IMG/VR virus record: IMGVR_UViG_3300000439_000009
Coordinates: 1-64,000 of that record
DNA: 64,000 bases
Source of the DNA: a virus
Lineage: Duplodnaviria > Caudoviricetes
Reading direction: 5' to 3' (one strand)
Within the stretch, counting starts at the first letter, position 1. The number at the start of each line of letters is the position of its first letter. The notes under the pieces are model-generated. The model was not told the DNA's origin. It was given only the letters and a program-made list of their open reading frames with translations, and did not search any database. Positions 54,936 to 64,000 of this stretch are shown here, piece after piece. The translations under genes and the position numbers were made by a program.

Positions 54936-55934
54936 TTACCCATAAATATCTTCTTTTAACTTTTCTACCACATCGGGATTTTCTCTTAGATACTCCAAAG
55001 CTTTATTTCTTCCTTGGAATCTTTCTTCACCTATAGTATACCATGCGCCACCTTTTTGAATTTTGCCCATCATTTCAGCGCAATCTAAAACTTCTCCGAT
55101 GGCGTCAATGCCAAGGTTATCTCCTTGATAGTAAAAGTCGTATTGACCGCTCTGGCCCATCGGTCCAAGTTTATTATAGTCAACGATCCAGTTAACTGGC
55201 CTGCCAACCTTCTGTTCAATAATCTTGTCACCAACTTGGATTCCAGATTTAATAGCATTTGCTTCTGCTTCAGAAGACCAAAGCTTAACAATCGTACTGG
55301 AGAAAAACTTAACTGCCATGCCCCCAGTCGGGATATGCGACGCATGCATAGTACCAAACTGGTTTCTCTGCTGAGAAATAAGGACGAGTAGCGTATTTTT
55401 ATTTGCGTAGTTAAGCATTTTGACTGCATGTGTCATATCCTTTGCCTCAGCACCAATCTGTTTGGTATCTTCTAGCTTTTTAAGATCATTGCTATCTTTT
55501 TCAAAATAGATTGCTGGTAGCAACGCTGATATAGAATCAACTACAATTATATCAACACCTGCTGCCATAAGTTGGGTTGCAACGTCTACCATATCATTAA
55601 TACTTTTTGCAGAAGAATAAATAAGGGAAGATGAATCTACTCCTAATTCCGCTGCCCATGCTGGATCATAAGAAGACTCAGCATCAATCCAAGCACAAGT
55701 CTTTCCTTCTTTTTGAGCCATACCAATCATCTGCAAACAGAAAGAAGATTTACCAGCAGATTTATTTCCCCATATAAGAACTTGTCTGCCAAACCCCAAA
55801 CCACCCTTTAAAGCTAAAGTTAAACCAATACTTGGAGTTTTTTGTCTTTCTGAACTGACATCTGTAGCAAGCTGAATCCTTTGTCTAGTTTTTGGATCTA
55901 GACTTGCTAGTATCTTATCTGCTACTAATGTCAT
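54936..55934 (-). CDS. recA: RecA/UvsX-like recombinase
   Basis: GNKSAGKS, WIDAE, IVVDSISAL, PTGG.AVKF, GGAWY. Confidence 0.93.
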   Translation of the reverse strand: MTLVADKILASLDPKTRQRIQLATDVSSERQKTPSIGLTLALKGGLGFGRQVLIWGNKSAGKSSFCLQMIGMAQKEGKTCAWIDAESSYDPAWAAELGVDSSSLIYSSAKSINDMVDVATQLMAAGVDIIVVDSISALLPAIYFEKDSNDLKKLEDTKQIGAEAKDMTHAVKMLNYANKNTLLVLISQQRNQFGTMHASHIPTGGMAVKFFSSTIVKLWSSEAEANAIKSGIQVGDKIIEQKVGRPVNWIVDYNKLGPMGQSGQYDFYYQGDNLGIDAIGEVLDCAEMMGKIQKGGAWYTIGEERFQGRNKALEYLRENPDVVEKLKEDIYG

Positions 55935-55937
55935 ATT

Positions 55938-56210
55938 TTATTCTGCTAGCTCTTCAGCTGGTACTGAAGCAATGTCAACAAGATTGAATGTTACAGACTT
56001 ATCCTCAAGTTGATTTACTGCGATTGTTTTGTCTGCATAATTAGCAACTAAAGTATCTAGAGGAATATTAACTTCCCCAGTCTTACTAAGAATGGCTGCT
56101 AAAATCTGTTCAACACTAATGTTGACACCATCATTTGATGGCTGTGGCTGTGCTTCTACTGCATCTGCAATAGTAGATTCTACTGCTGACTGTGTTGTTT
56201 CATCTGTCAT
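55938..56210 (-). CDS. Hypothetical protein
   Basis: Coupled to dnaE. Confidence 0.6.
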   Translation of the reverse strand: MTDETTQSAVESTIADAVEAQPQPSNDGVNISVEQILAAILSKTGEVNIPLDTLVANYADKTIAVNQLEDKSVTFNLVDIASVPAEELAE

Positions 56211-59200
56211 TTTATATCCTTTACGAATTTAGTACCGTCATCCAATTCTGAAATAACGGGGGAACAGAAAGATCCTGCTTTCATCTTTCCTAATGCCAAC
56301 GTATAAGCTTTTGGAAAAGCTATTACACGGAACATCTCTTTTTGCCCATTGCAATATATGATGTGGGCCATCATCTTTTTTTGTTTTGTTTGATAGTGGG
56401 TAAAGTCAACCACATATGAGTCCTTATTATCTGGAATCTCAAATTCCTTAGTATGTAAATAGTTAATAAACGGATCATCTTTTTTCTCCACTACATCCAC
56501 TATTGTAACATATCTATGAATTCTATTATCGCCAACAAGGAAGAAATACATATTTCCCGTTTCAATTTGAGTATTCTCGCTATGAAAAATACCAATTGCT
56601 CCTGTGTCATCAACCAGCTCTACACGTGACCAACCCTTACCCTTTTTAATGGATTTAACCATTGCACAAAGAATAAACGTTCCTTCTTCAAGGAACTCTT
56701 CTAATGGAGTCACCTGAGATTTAATATGAGCTGTTATTCCACGAGTATCAAACTTTGGAATATTTAAATACTCATAATAATTTTCAGATTCTTTGCCAGT
56801 TCTCTGATTATCATCAAAAGTTGCTGCCCCTATAGCATTTAATGAATCTATTGCTCTTGAATTAATACCAGATTTCTTTTCCTGTGCCACTTCTAAAAGA
56901 TGAGCATAAGATTTATAAGGTCTAGCATTTATAAGTTTTTTGCCAATGGTTTCAGAAATAAACTTAATATCTGACAAACCAAATCTAATTGAGTTACCTT
57001 GAATTGTAAAATCTAATCCAGATTCATTTACATGGGGTAGTAATACCTTAATTCCCAATCGCTTAGCTTCGATGAGGTATTCTGTTCTGGTATCTTTATT
57101 TCCTTCATTTTTAAGGAGCGCAAATACAAACTCAGTTGGATAGTAATGCTTAAGCCAAGCAGTCCAATAGCTGACCATAGAATAAGCAACAGCGTGAGAA
57201 CGGTTAAAGGAATAACCAGCATGAGCTTCAAAATCATGCCATAGATGCTCAGCATCTTCCTTAGAAATATAACTTCTTGCCCCTTCGATGAACTTATCTT
57301 TGAATACATCAAATTCCTTTGCATCTTTCTTCTTACCAATAATCTTTCTAACTTTATCAGCCTCAGACCATGACATCCCGCCCAAGTGTACGCAAGCCTG
57401 CATAACCTGCTCCTGATAAATAATAACTCCGTATGTACGCTCTGTAAACGGCTTCATAATTGGATGTACGTAAGTCACCATCTTCTCACCACGCTTACGT
57501 GCTAGATACTCTGCACCCACAGTATTCATAGCTCCTGGTCTAACAAGAGCGTTTGATGCAACTAGATCTTCAAATGTATCAACACCCATTTTAATTAATA
57601 GGTTTGTGTACGGCGTTGCTTCAGCTTGGAATACACCCTTTGTAAAACCACCAGTTAGATCATCAAATACAAACTTATCATCTAAGGGCAACGCATTAAG
57701 ATCAATTGAAACCTTGTGCCTTTCCTTAACCATGTTAACTGTATCTTGAATTACTGATAATGTTTTTAAACCAAGAACGTCAAATTTAATAAGACCAATA
57801 TCTGCTGCCTGATCCATATCATAAGCAACTACTGGAACACGACCTGAAACATCTTCATCCTTGTCGCTTCTAGATTCGATTGGTGCGTACTTAGAAATAG
57901 GTTCTTTAGCAACTACAACTCCAGCAGCGTGAATTCCAACTGAACGGATTCTACCACGCAGTTCGGATGCAAACTTTAAAACTTCTGGATACTTTTGTTT
58001 AAACCAGTCTACATTCTTATTAGACTCAAACTCTTCAAATGTTTCTACACCCTTAAGTGCTTTGTTGATTTCTCCAAGCGGTACATCAAATACTCTTCCC
58101 GCATCTCTAACTACACCCTTATCTTTGAAATATTGATAGGTGGAGATTGAGGCAACATTCTTGAATTTCTTTCTCAAGAATTCTTTTACTTCTCCACGAC
58201 GGCGATCCATAAAATCTGTATCAATATCGGGGAAGTCATTACGTTCTGGGTTAATAAATCTAAAGAACAATAGATCATACTTAATAGGATCTACTTCTGT
58301 TATTCCTAGCAGGTAACAGACTAACGATCCTGCTGCTGATCCTCGCCCTGGACCAACCATGATTTCGTTTTCTTTAGCCCAACGTACCATGTCGCCAACA
58401 ACAAGAAAATAACTACTAAACTCTTTATCTTTGATGACTTGAAGCTCTTCTTCCAGTCTCTCTTTATATTGATCATTTTCTAATCCTTTTTCTTTTAATG
58501 TGTCATTACACATTTGAATTAACTGCTTGTGTGCATCTTTTTTAGGGTTAGGTAGTAACTGTAGGTTCTGATGGAACTCGTACTCTTCTACCTTATTAGC
58601 AATTTCTTGAGTATTGCTGTATATACTTTGATCCCAGCCATCGCCAAAATCAGATGAAATTTCTTTAAAACTTTGGATATAAACATTTATATCTTGAAAT
58701 GAAATAGGACGATCTGGATAAAGATGGTTTAATCTTTCAAAAACATCCTTGATCTTTTTACCAGATTCATAGTTAACACCTTCGGCAAGGTTTGGTTTAG
58801 TTGAAAGGATTAACAAAACTTCTTCTAAAGCTTTTTGATCTTTTGTTGCATAGTGGCAGTCACCAGTAGCAACCATCTTGATGCCGAGATCTTTAGATAT
58901 TAAAATTTGTCCATCATTAATTTCTTTATCATTGTGCGATTGCATCTCTAGATAGAAATCATCACCAAATCTATTCTTAAACCATCGGGCATATTCAAAA
59001 GCTTTATCCATATCATTGCGCTGGATAGCCTTTGCTATAAGTCCATTCATGCAACCAGACAAAACAATAAGACCATTGCCGTACTCATCTAGTACTTCAA
59101 GGTCAATTCTAGGCTTGCGGTAATAACCCTCTGTCCAAGCAATTTCAGATAGCTTCTGTAAATTCTTTAGACCTTCAGTATTTTTTGCAAGTAAAATGAT

Positions 59201-59479
59201 GTGGTTAAATACCTGTGTATTATCATCACGCTTTTTAATATCACGCTTGTCAAAGCGATCTGTTGCTGATATATATGCTTCTAAACCAAGTATTGGCTTC
59301 ATTCCCAGCTTTTTAGCTGCAACTTGCATTTCTCTATGAGATGACAGTGTTCCGTGATCTGTAATAGCCATTGCTGTTTGTCCCGCATTTTTTGCAGCAG
59401 TCAATAACTCTTCAGGGGAACACAAGCCATCCATAAGTGAATAGTGCGAGTGCACATGTAAATGTGTGAAATTCACCAA
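56207..59479 (-). CDS. dnaE: DNA polymerase III alpha subunit
   Basis: PHP motif HLHVHSHYSLMDG, GPGRGSAAGS, FPDIDTDF, YSFNRSHA. Confidence 0.97.
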   Translation of the reverse strand: MVNFTHLHVHSHYSLMDGLCSPEELLTAAKNAGQTAMAITDHGTLSSHREMQVAAKKLGMKPILGLEAYISATDRFDKRDIKKRDDNTQVFNHIILLAKNTEGLKNLQKLSEIAWTEGYYRKPRIDLEVLDEYGNGLIVLSGCMNGLIAKAIQRNDMDKAFEYARWFKNRFGDDFYLEMQSHNDKEINDGQILISKDLGIKMVATGDCHYATKDQKALEEVLLILSTKPNLAEGVNYESGKKIKDVFERLNHLYPDRPISFQDINVYIQSFKEISSDFGDGWDQSIYSNTQEIANKVEEYEFHQNLQLLPNPKKDAHKQLIQMCNDTLKEKGLENDQYKERLEEELQVIKDKEFSSYFLVVGDMVRWAKENEIMVGPGRGSAAGSLVCYLLGITEVDPIKYDLLFFRFINPERNDFPDIDTDFMDRRRGEVKEFLRKKFKNVASISTYQYFKDKGVVRDAGRVFDVPLGEINKALKGVETFEEFESNKNVDWFKQKYPEVLKFASELRGRIRSVGIHAAGVVVAKEPISKYAPIESRSDKDEDVSGRVPVVAYDMDQAADIGLIKFDVLGLKTLSVIQDTVNMVKERHKVSIDLNALPLDDKFVFDDLTGGFTKGVFQAEATPYTNLLIKMGVDTFEDLVASNALVRPGAMNTVGAEYLARKRGEKMVTYVHPIMKPFTERTYGVIIYQEQVMQACVHLGGMSWSEADKVRKIIGKKKDAKEFDVFKDKFIEGARSYISKEDAEHLWHDFEAHAGYSFNRSHAVAYSMVSYWTAWLKHYYPTEFVFALLKNEGNKDTRTEYLIEAKRLGIKVLLPHVNESGLDFTIQGNSIRFGLSDIKFISETIGKKLINARPYKSYAHLLEVAQEKKSGINSRAIDSLNAIGAATFDDNQRTGKESENYYEYLNIPKFDTRGITAHIKSQVTPLEEFLEEGTFILCAMVKSIKKGKGWSRVELVDDTGAIGIFHSENTQIETGNMYFFLVGDNRIHRYVTIVDVVEKKDDPFINYLHTKEFEIPDNKDSYVVDFTHYQTKQKKMMAHIIYCNGQKEMFRVIAFPKAYTLALGKMKAGSFCSPVISELDDGTKFVKDIK

Positions 59480-59497
59480 TACTCCGTTTAGTTTAGA

Positions 59498-60169
59498 TTA
59501 CCACTCAACAGATGTTGACGTGGTTGATTCTTGAGACGAGTCTGATACTACGCCCATGTAAAAGTTTTCCTGATCAGCGTATGCAACTGTTCTAACAGCT
59601 GTCTTTGGCAAATCAAAAAGCTCATACTTTGAAAAATCAAGAGGCTTGACTTCTGCAGTTGGGAGTGGGATGATACTGTAATTAGTATCTGTCTTTTCTC
59701 CTGTGCGCTTTAACTTCCATACAAGGTTTGTAATGCTGCCAGTCTCTGATGCATAAGATCCAATTTCTGGTGTAGCTGATTTTGCGCCAGTTCCCTGTGA
59801 CAAAATAGCAACATAAGGATCTTCATTGCCATCTTCTACAAGGACGTTTACGTAGAAACGTGGACGTGCCTTCCATCCAGCCTTCGGATCACGGCGATGC
59901 TGCTCACAACCAAAGCACTGACCTTCGTCTTCAAATGTGCAAACTGCCTTGCGCTTGTAATCTCTTGGATTTGTATGTTCAATGCCTACAATACCTAGGC
60001 CTGCTTCTTTATTATAATTTGCTGAGTCAGGATCAATCTCCTGAAGAAAACGGATCTTTACTGATTGTCCGTCTTTAAGTTGTAGCCATCTTCCCTTTTG
60101 TGAATCTGAAGATGTGTGTGTTGGTTCCATTGCTTTGTTCATAGCTGCTAAGCCTGTAACGATTCCCAT
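59498..60169 (-). CDS. Single-stranded DNA-binding protein (gp32-like)
   Basis: LKDGQSVKIRFL, C...CFGC, KRTG..TDTNY, acidic/aromatic tail; lies between primase and polymerase. Confidence 0.65.
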   Translation of the reverse strand: MGIVTGLAAMNKAMEPTHTSSDSQKGRWLQLKDGQSVKIRFLQEIDPDSANYNKEAGLGIVGIEHTNPRDYKRKAVCTFEDEGQCFGCEQHRRDPKAGWKARPRFYVNVLVEDGNEDPYVAILSQGTGAKSATPEIGSYASETGSITNLVWKLKRTGEKTDTNYSIIPLPTAEVKPLDFSKYELFDLPKTAVRTVAYADQENFYMGVVSDSSQESTTSTSVEW

Positions 60170-60224
60170 ATATGTTCTCCTAAGTGTTTGGGGCTATAGA
60201 ATGCCCTGTAGTACTATTATACCA

Positions 60225-61178
60225 TTAATTAATATACTCAAAATGCGTTATTGCATTTTTAATACATTGTTTTATTTCTTTATCTGTGAGATCTCCCACA
60301 TCTTTTGCACCATTTGGATATATGACTCCATCATCAAATGAAGCCCAAGATATACTTTTGTTAGGAAGCTTACCCACAATTTCCATTCCAAGCTTTCTTC
60401 CCGCTTCGTCAGCATCTGTTGCTATGATGATTGACGACGAATATTTATTTAAATTATGTATGTTCTGCTTAGATATACCGCCACCCAAAGTTGCTACAAC
60501 ATTTGGATAACCAGCTTGATGTATTCGAATAGCATCAAAAGAAGATTCACAAACAATAATTGTTGGACTTACCTTCTTTGCCCTGTGAAGATTAAACATA
60601 GTTAAACTTCTTGGAAGGTTGTCGCTATTCTTAAAACGCTTTCCCTCTATTGATCTGCCGATGATTCCTACTGGCATACCTGTAGGACTATGAAGCGGAA
60701 CAGTTACCATTCCTTGTTTTTGTGAATATCCCAAATAAAAATAATCAATAGACTCATCGTTAATGCCACGACCATTAAAGTAACTCCTAGACTCTTCGTT
60801 TAAACCACTGTGCAATGCATCAAGTGTATCCTGCGGGAACTCAACAAAGTCTGGCTTTTCATCAAACAACTCTTCAAGATCTTTATCAAAAGTATCTGGA
60901 CGATTTTTTTGTAGCATGCGAAGAAATCTTGCTGCTTCAAACTGCCCCATAGATCCTTTTTGAATTATAAGATCTTCTAAGCCACCCCTCACATCACAAG
61001 AAGGATTAAAGCAGATATACGCACCTGTCTCTTTACTAATAGTAAAAGATGGCGTGTGAGTGTTATTATGAAATGGACAAAAGCAAAAGTAATTTGTTGA
61101 GGATTGATTCTGAATCTTAATGCCAATGCCTTCAAGTATTTCTTTAATTTGTCCTGGAGCATATCTTTGCATTAACAT
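60225..61178 (-). CDS. dnaG: DNA primase (CHC2 zinc finger + TOPRIM)
   Basis: CPFH...CF..C; VCESSFDA; DADEAG; KDVGD. Confidence 0.9.
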   Translation of the reverse strand: MLMQRYAPGQIKEILEGIGIKIQNQSSTNYFCFCPFHNNTHTPSFTISKETGAYICFNPSCDVRGGLEDLIIQKGSMGQFEAARFLRMLQKNRPDTFDKDLEELFDEKPDFVEFPQDTLDALHSGLNEESRSYFNGRGINDESIDYFYLGYSQKQGMVTVPLHSPTGMPVGIIGRSIEGKRFKNSDNLPRSLTMFNLHRAKKVSPTIIVCESSFDAIRIHQAGYPNVVATLGGGISKQNIHNLNKYSSSIIIATDADEAGRKLGMEIVGKLPNKSISWASFDDGVIYPNGAKDVGDLTDKEIKQCIKNAITHFEYIN

Positions 61179-61211
61179 CTTTACATTATATCAAAAATGT
61201 ATATTACCTGT

Positions 61212-61559
61212 CTATACTACTGCAAAGTAGGGAGGGATGTTTACTGTAAATGAAGGAGGTGGACTAATAACTTGCTTGGTATGTCTTTTATAAAATTGTT
61301 GCCCAGAAAAACCTTCTATTTCTTGCGCTTTCTTTTTACCAACATAGACACCAAACATTTCTAAATTAAAACTATACGTGTCTTTATTTTCATTATATTT
61401 AATTGAGAACTGTGGCTCTAAATCAAGAACTGGAACATAGCCTCTATCACGCATATCTTGTAATAATATTCTTTCATACATTAAACGTGAATTGCCAATT
61501 GACGAGTCATCTTTGATAACCCCGCCAATTAGAAATGCTCTGATAGTTCTCTTTAACAT
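61212..61559 (-). CDS. Hypothetical protein
   Basis: ORF track. Confidence 0.65.
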   Translation of the reverse strand: MLKRTIRAFLIGGVIKDDSSIGNSRLMYERILLQDMRDRGYVPVLDLEPQFSIKYNENKDTYSFNLEMFGVYVGKKKAQEIEGFSGQQFYKRHTKQVISPPPSFTVNIPPYFAVV

Positions 61560-61612
61560 ATTAGCCTTACTGTCTATCTAATTATACTAGACAGTAAGGC
61601 TATTACATAGAC

Positions 61613-62845
61613 TTAAAGCTGAGGAATGTCCATTTCATAAATTTCTTGGACTATACCACGATTAAGATCCCAATCTAGATAAAATGCAAAATCAGTACCA
61701 TGACGATTTTTTCTACTTACAATTTCCATGATATTTGTATCTGGTCGTTTGTGGATTGCCATCGCCATATCCGCATCGTATTCAATAGCCTTGGACCATG
61801 CAACTTGTGAAAGCAATGGTGGAGATTCTTGATCCGATACATCATCCATAGTAGCAGCAGTAATATCAATAATTGGAATAGCGTTTCGGACAGCAAGCAA
61901 TTTAAAGTCACGAGAAATATTTCTATTTCTTTCTACTTCTGATTTGGCTCCAGATGAATCATTAAATAACTGATGATAATCAAGGATAACTAGATCAGGC
62001 TTATACTGATCAATTTTAGCCTGTACTGTATTTGGAGTTACTTGACCAGCACCCTCATTTGATATAAGAATAAATCCTTGCTTATCTGTAAACTTGTCTG
62101 ATGCCCATGTGTGAAAATCATCTGTATTTACCATACCCTTTTGAAAGTCTGAAGCCTTAAACAATCCCGACCCCATCATAGTATAAATACGATCTCTCAT
62201 ATTTTCTGGAGACATTTCAAGGGATATAATCATAGGCTTAAAACCCTGTTCCCAAGCCTTACAAGCCAAATAAGAAGACATCCAAGTTTTACCCCTACCC
62301 GCCCATCCAATCATGACTATAAGGTGCCCTGGAGCCATTCCAGTGGGGTAAGCAAGGTCAATGGCTTTAAACCCCGTCTTAATTCCTGGGCTACCGCCCA
62401 TGGCAAGAGATCTTTCACGAACAGACTCAAAATGCTTTTCTGCAGTTTCAAAATCTGTAAGGTCAACATCTCGAACATTGCCCGTCATTCTTGTAAGGTT
62501 AGATATTTCAGTCTGCATCTCCATAAGGACTCTCGTTGCAGAATCTGTTTTTAAACGGGATCCGTTTTTTAAAAGAAGATCTTTAATTCTACTTGTAAGA
62601 AATTCATTCTTAAGATTATCTAAATAATATCCAGTCTCACCTTTGACTACTTCTGGCTCAAAATCTTTAAACTTTTCTTGAAGTACACTTACATCTGGAA
62701 CCGCTCTAAATTTAAGATAATAAGATTTAAGACCTTCCCATACATCACGGTGAGAAAGAAAAATATCATCAACATTATCTGCTAAAATAGTTGCTATATC
62801 TTTATTCTTACATACAGCTGATAGTACCGCTGCTTCACTATTCAT
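61613..62845 (-). CDS. dnaB: Replicative DnaB-like helicase
   Basis: GWAGRGKT, SLEM, ILDY, IEYDAD, KNRHG. Confidence 0.93.
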   Translation of the reverse strand: MNSEAAVLSAVCKNKDIATILADNVDDIFLSHRDVWEGLKSYYLKFRAVPDVSVLQEKFKDFEPEVVKGETGYYLDNLKNEFLTSRIKDLLLKNGSRLKTDSATRVLMEMQTEISNLTRMTGNVRDVDLTDFETAEKHFESVRERSLAMGGSPGIKTGFKAIDLAYPTGMAPGHLIVMIGWAGRGKTWMSSYLACKAWEQGFKPMIISLEMSPENMRDRIYTMMGSGLFKASDFQKGMVNTDDFHTWASDKFTDKQGFILISNEGAGQVTPNTVQAKIDQYKPDLVILDYHQLFNDSSGAKSEVERNRNISRDFKLLAVRNAIPIIDITAATMDDVSDQESPPLLSQVAWSKAIEYDADMAMAIHKRPDTNIMEIVSRKNRHGTDFAFYLDWDLNRGIVQEIYEMDIPQL

Positions 62846-63596
62846 TAGATTCCGTCTCTACTAAAATTCTTGTCTGCTCCATAAGCATTCTTCTACGCTC
62901 TTTATCTGCTTCAGATTTTACCATAACGTCATCTATTCTGTCAAAGTTGTATAGGAACCAGTTTAAAGGATGGCCTGGCTTGTTACATTTAAAATAATAT
63001 TCTATCAATTGCTTAGCACGATCAAATCCAACAGTATCAATAACATCCTGCATGGCCCACTTCTCTCTATACCGATTTACAACTGGTTGTCTAGAGTAAT
63101 GTGTTTTGTACAGGGCAATGTACAGAGATACGAGTGCGTATGCCTGCTGAGCATCTTGCTTTGCCATTATTTCTTACCTTTAATCTCAGATTCTATTTGA
63201 TTAACTTTTTCAATTAGTTGATTTTCAACAAACTTATAAACACGATCTGTTGCAGTGGTGGTGTTTTCACCTTCTCGAACCCAGTCTTCAATACCTAGAC
63301 CGACCTTAACGCTTTCAAAGTTTCCAAGATTGCGTGTAAAGTGTAGTTCTACTTTAATCTTCGTCTGATCCATCTTGTTCATCTTCCTTCTTTAAAGGTG
63401 GGAAGCCAAAGCCAGTCTTAAACTTCTTAGTATTCTTATCTGCTAAGTGCTGGTATAGCAACATCATTCTGTCTGATATTGCAATTATAGCATCCAGCTC
63501 TTCCTTTTGTAAAGCCAATTCCATAGCATGCTCTAATACAGTTAAAGACATATCTAATGCATGCTTAGCTTCTTTACTTAATTTATTATCTACCAT
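62838..63596 (-). CDS. Three hypothetical replication-module genes (62838..63167, 63167..63382, 63354..63596)
   Basis: Coupled ORFs upstream of dnaB. Confidence 0.6.
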
Positions 63597-63790
63597 TCTG
63601 GTTGTTTCCAAACTGGGATAAACTCCCCATCGTTGTCTTTAACATATATTGTACAGCCAATTCCATTGTAAATTCCAACACTTTAAATGCTTGATGTAAC
63701 ACATGGGTTGCTTCTTTATTTGATTTCTTATCTACCATTCAGGTTGCTTCCAAACTGGGACAAATGCCCCATCGTTGTCCTTTACGTATA
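63507..63790. repeat. Divergent 142-bp tandem duplication
   Basis: 63507-63648 and 63649-63790 both encode YVKDNDG.F.PVWKQPEW* overlapping MVD.K..KEA.H.L...VLE..MELA.Q. Confidence 0.85.
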
Positions 63791-64000
63791 AGACGGTCTC
63801 ATTACGCAGTAGGGCTTCTAATTCTACCTTACTTGGAATATTACTTGCAGTTACATTTCCGTCATTTCTAGGTCTACCTATATGAACGGTTTTAAAAAAT
63901 TCTCTAATGTTTCTTATATCTTCATCTGTAAAATAATATCTGCTCAATTTAGTTTTATCATCTAATGCATGAGCTTGCTGTGGCTTGGGAATGTCCCCAG
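63732..64000 (-). CDS. MerR-like HTH protein (partial, 5' end outside window)
   Basis: Frame open to window end: GDIPKP...RYYFTDEDIRNI...GRPR. Confidence 0.5.
   Translation of the reverse strand, partial: GDIPKPQQAHALDDKTKLSRYYFTDEDIRNIREFFKTVHIGRPRNDGNVTASNIPSKVELEALLRNETVLYVKDNDGAFVPVWKQPEW

Noticed and set aside
9749-62845. Inteins or introns in nrdJ, terL, recA, dnaE, dnaB; stop-codon reassignment
   Set aside because: All are uninterrupted, of normal length and translate fully in code 11; no suppressor tRNA seen.

Overview
A 64 kb, AT-rich (roughly 35% GC by eye) segment of a large, apparently lytic tailed dsDNA phage. WhiB, an Lsr2-like domain, GAAAGG-type RBSs, leaderless genes, a short-arm tRNA-Leu(UAA) and actinobacterial operator motifs point to an actinobacterial host; low-GC freshwater Actinobacteria is my inference. 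Layout: (1) 1-12.8 kb, minus strand: paralogous repeat-rich tail fibre/virion genes, class II RNR and a glycosyltransferase. (2) 12.8-15.9 kb: accessory genes. (3) 16.0-26.85 kb, plus strand: an 'early/leading' region of ~40 small genes (DUF932, YubB-like, Lsr2-like, acidic proteins, tRNA-Asp). (4) 26.85-27.5 kb: a non-coding oriC-like element with clustered DnaA boxes. (5) 27.5-64 kb, mostly minus strand: redox/chaperone/protease genes, tRNA cluster, secreted proteins, lysis, terminase, recombination and a DnaE/SSB/primase/DnaB replisome. The most striking signal is non-coding. The early-region promoters are built from repeated host-regulator sites: 8 exact PafBC-type (RecA-NDp, TGTCRGTG-N8-TAnnnT) promoters, 7 perfect CRP boxes, WhiA-type GACAC(GCC) boxes at fixed spacing, and several unassigned palindromes. 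This suggests a phage that reads host DNA-damage, cAMP and cell-division status to time early expression. Also notable are a candidate -1 frameshift on a C_CCU_UUA site in the Lsr2-like gene, two promoter-bounded small RNAs, and a divergent 142-bp tandem duplication. All protein family calls are from recognised motifs, not database searches.
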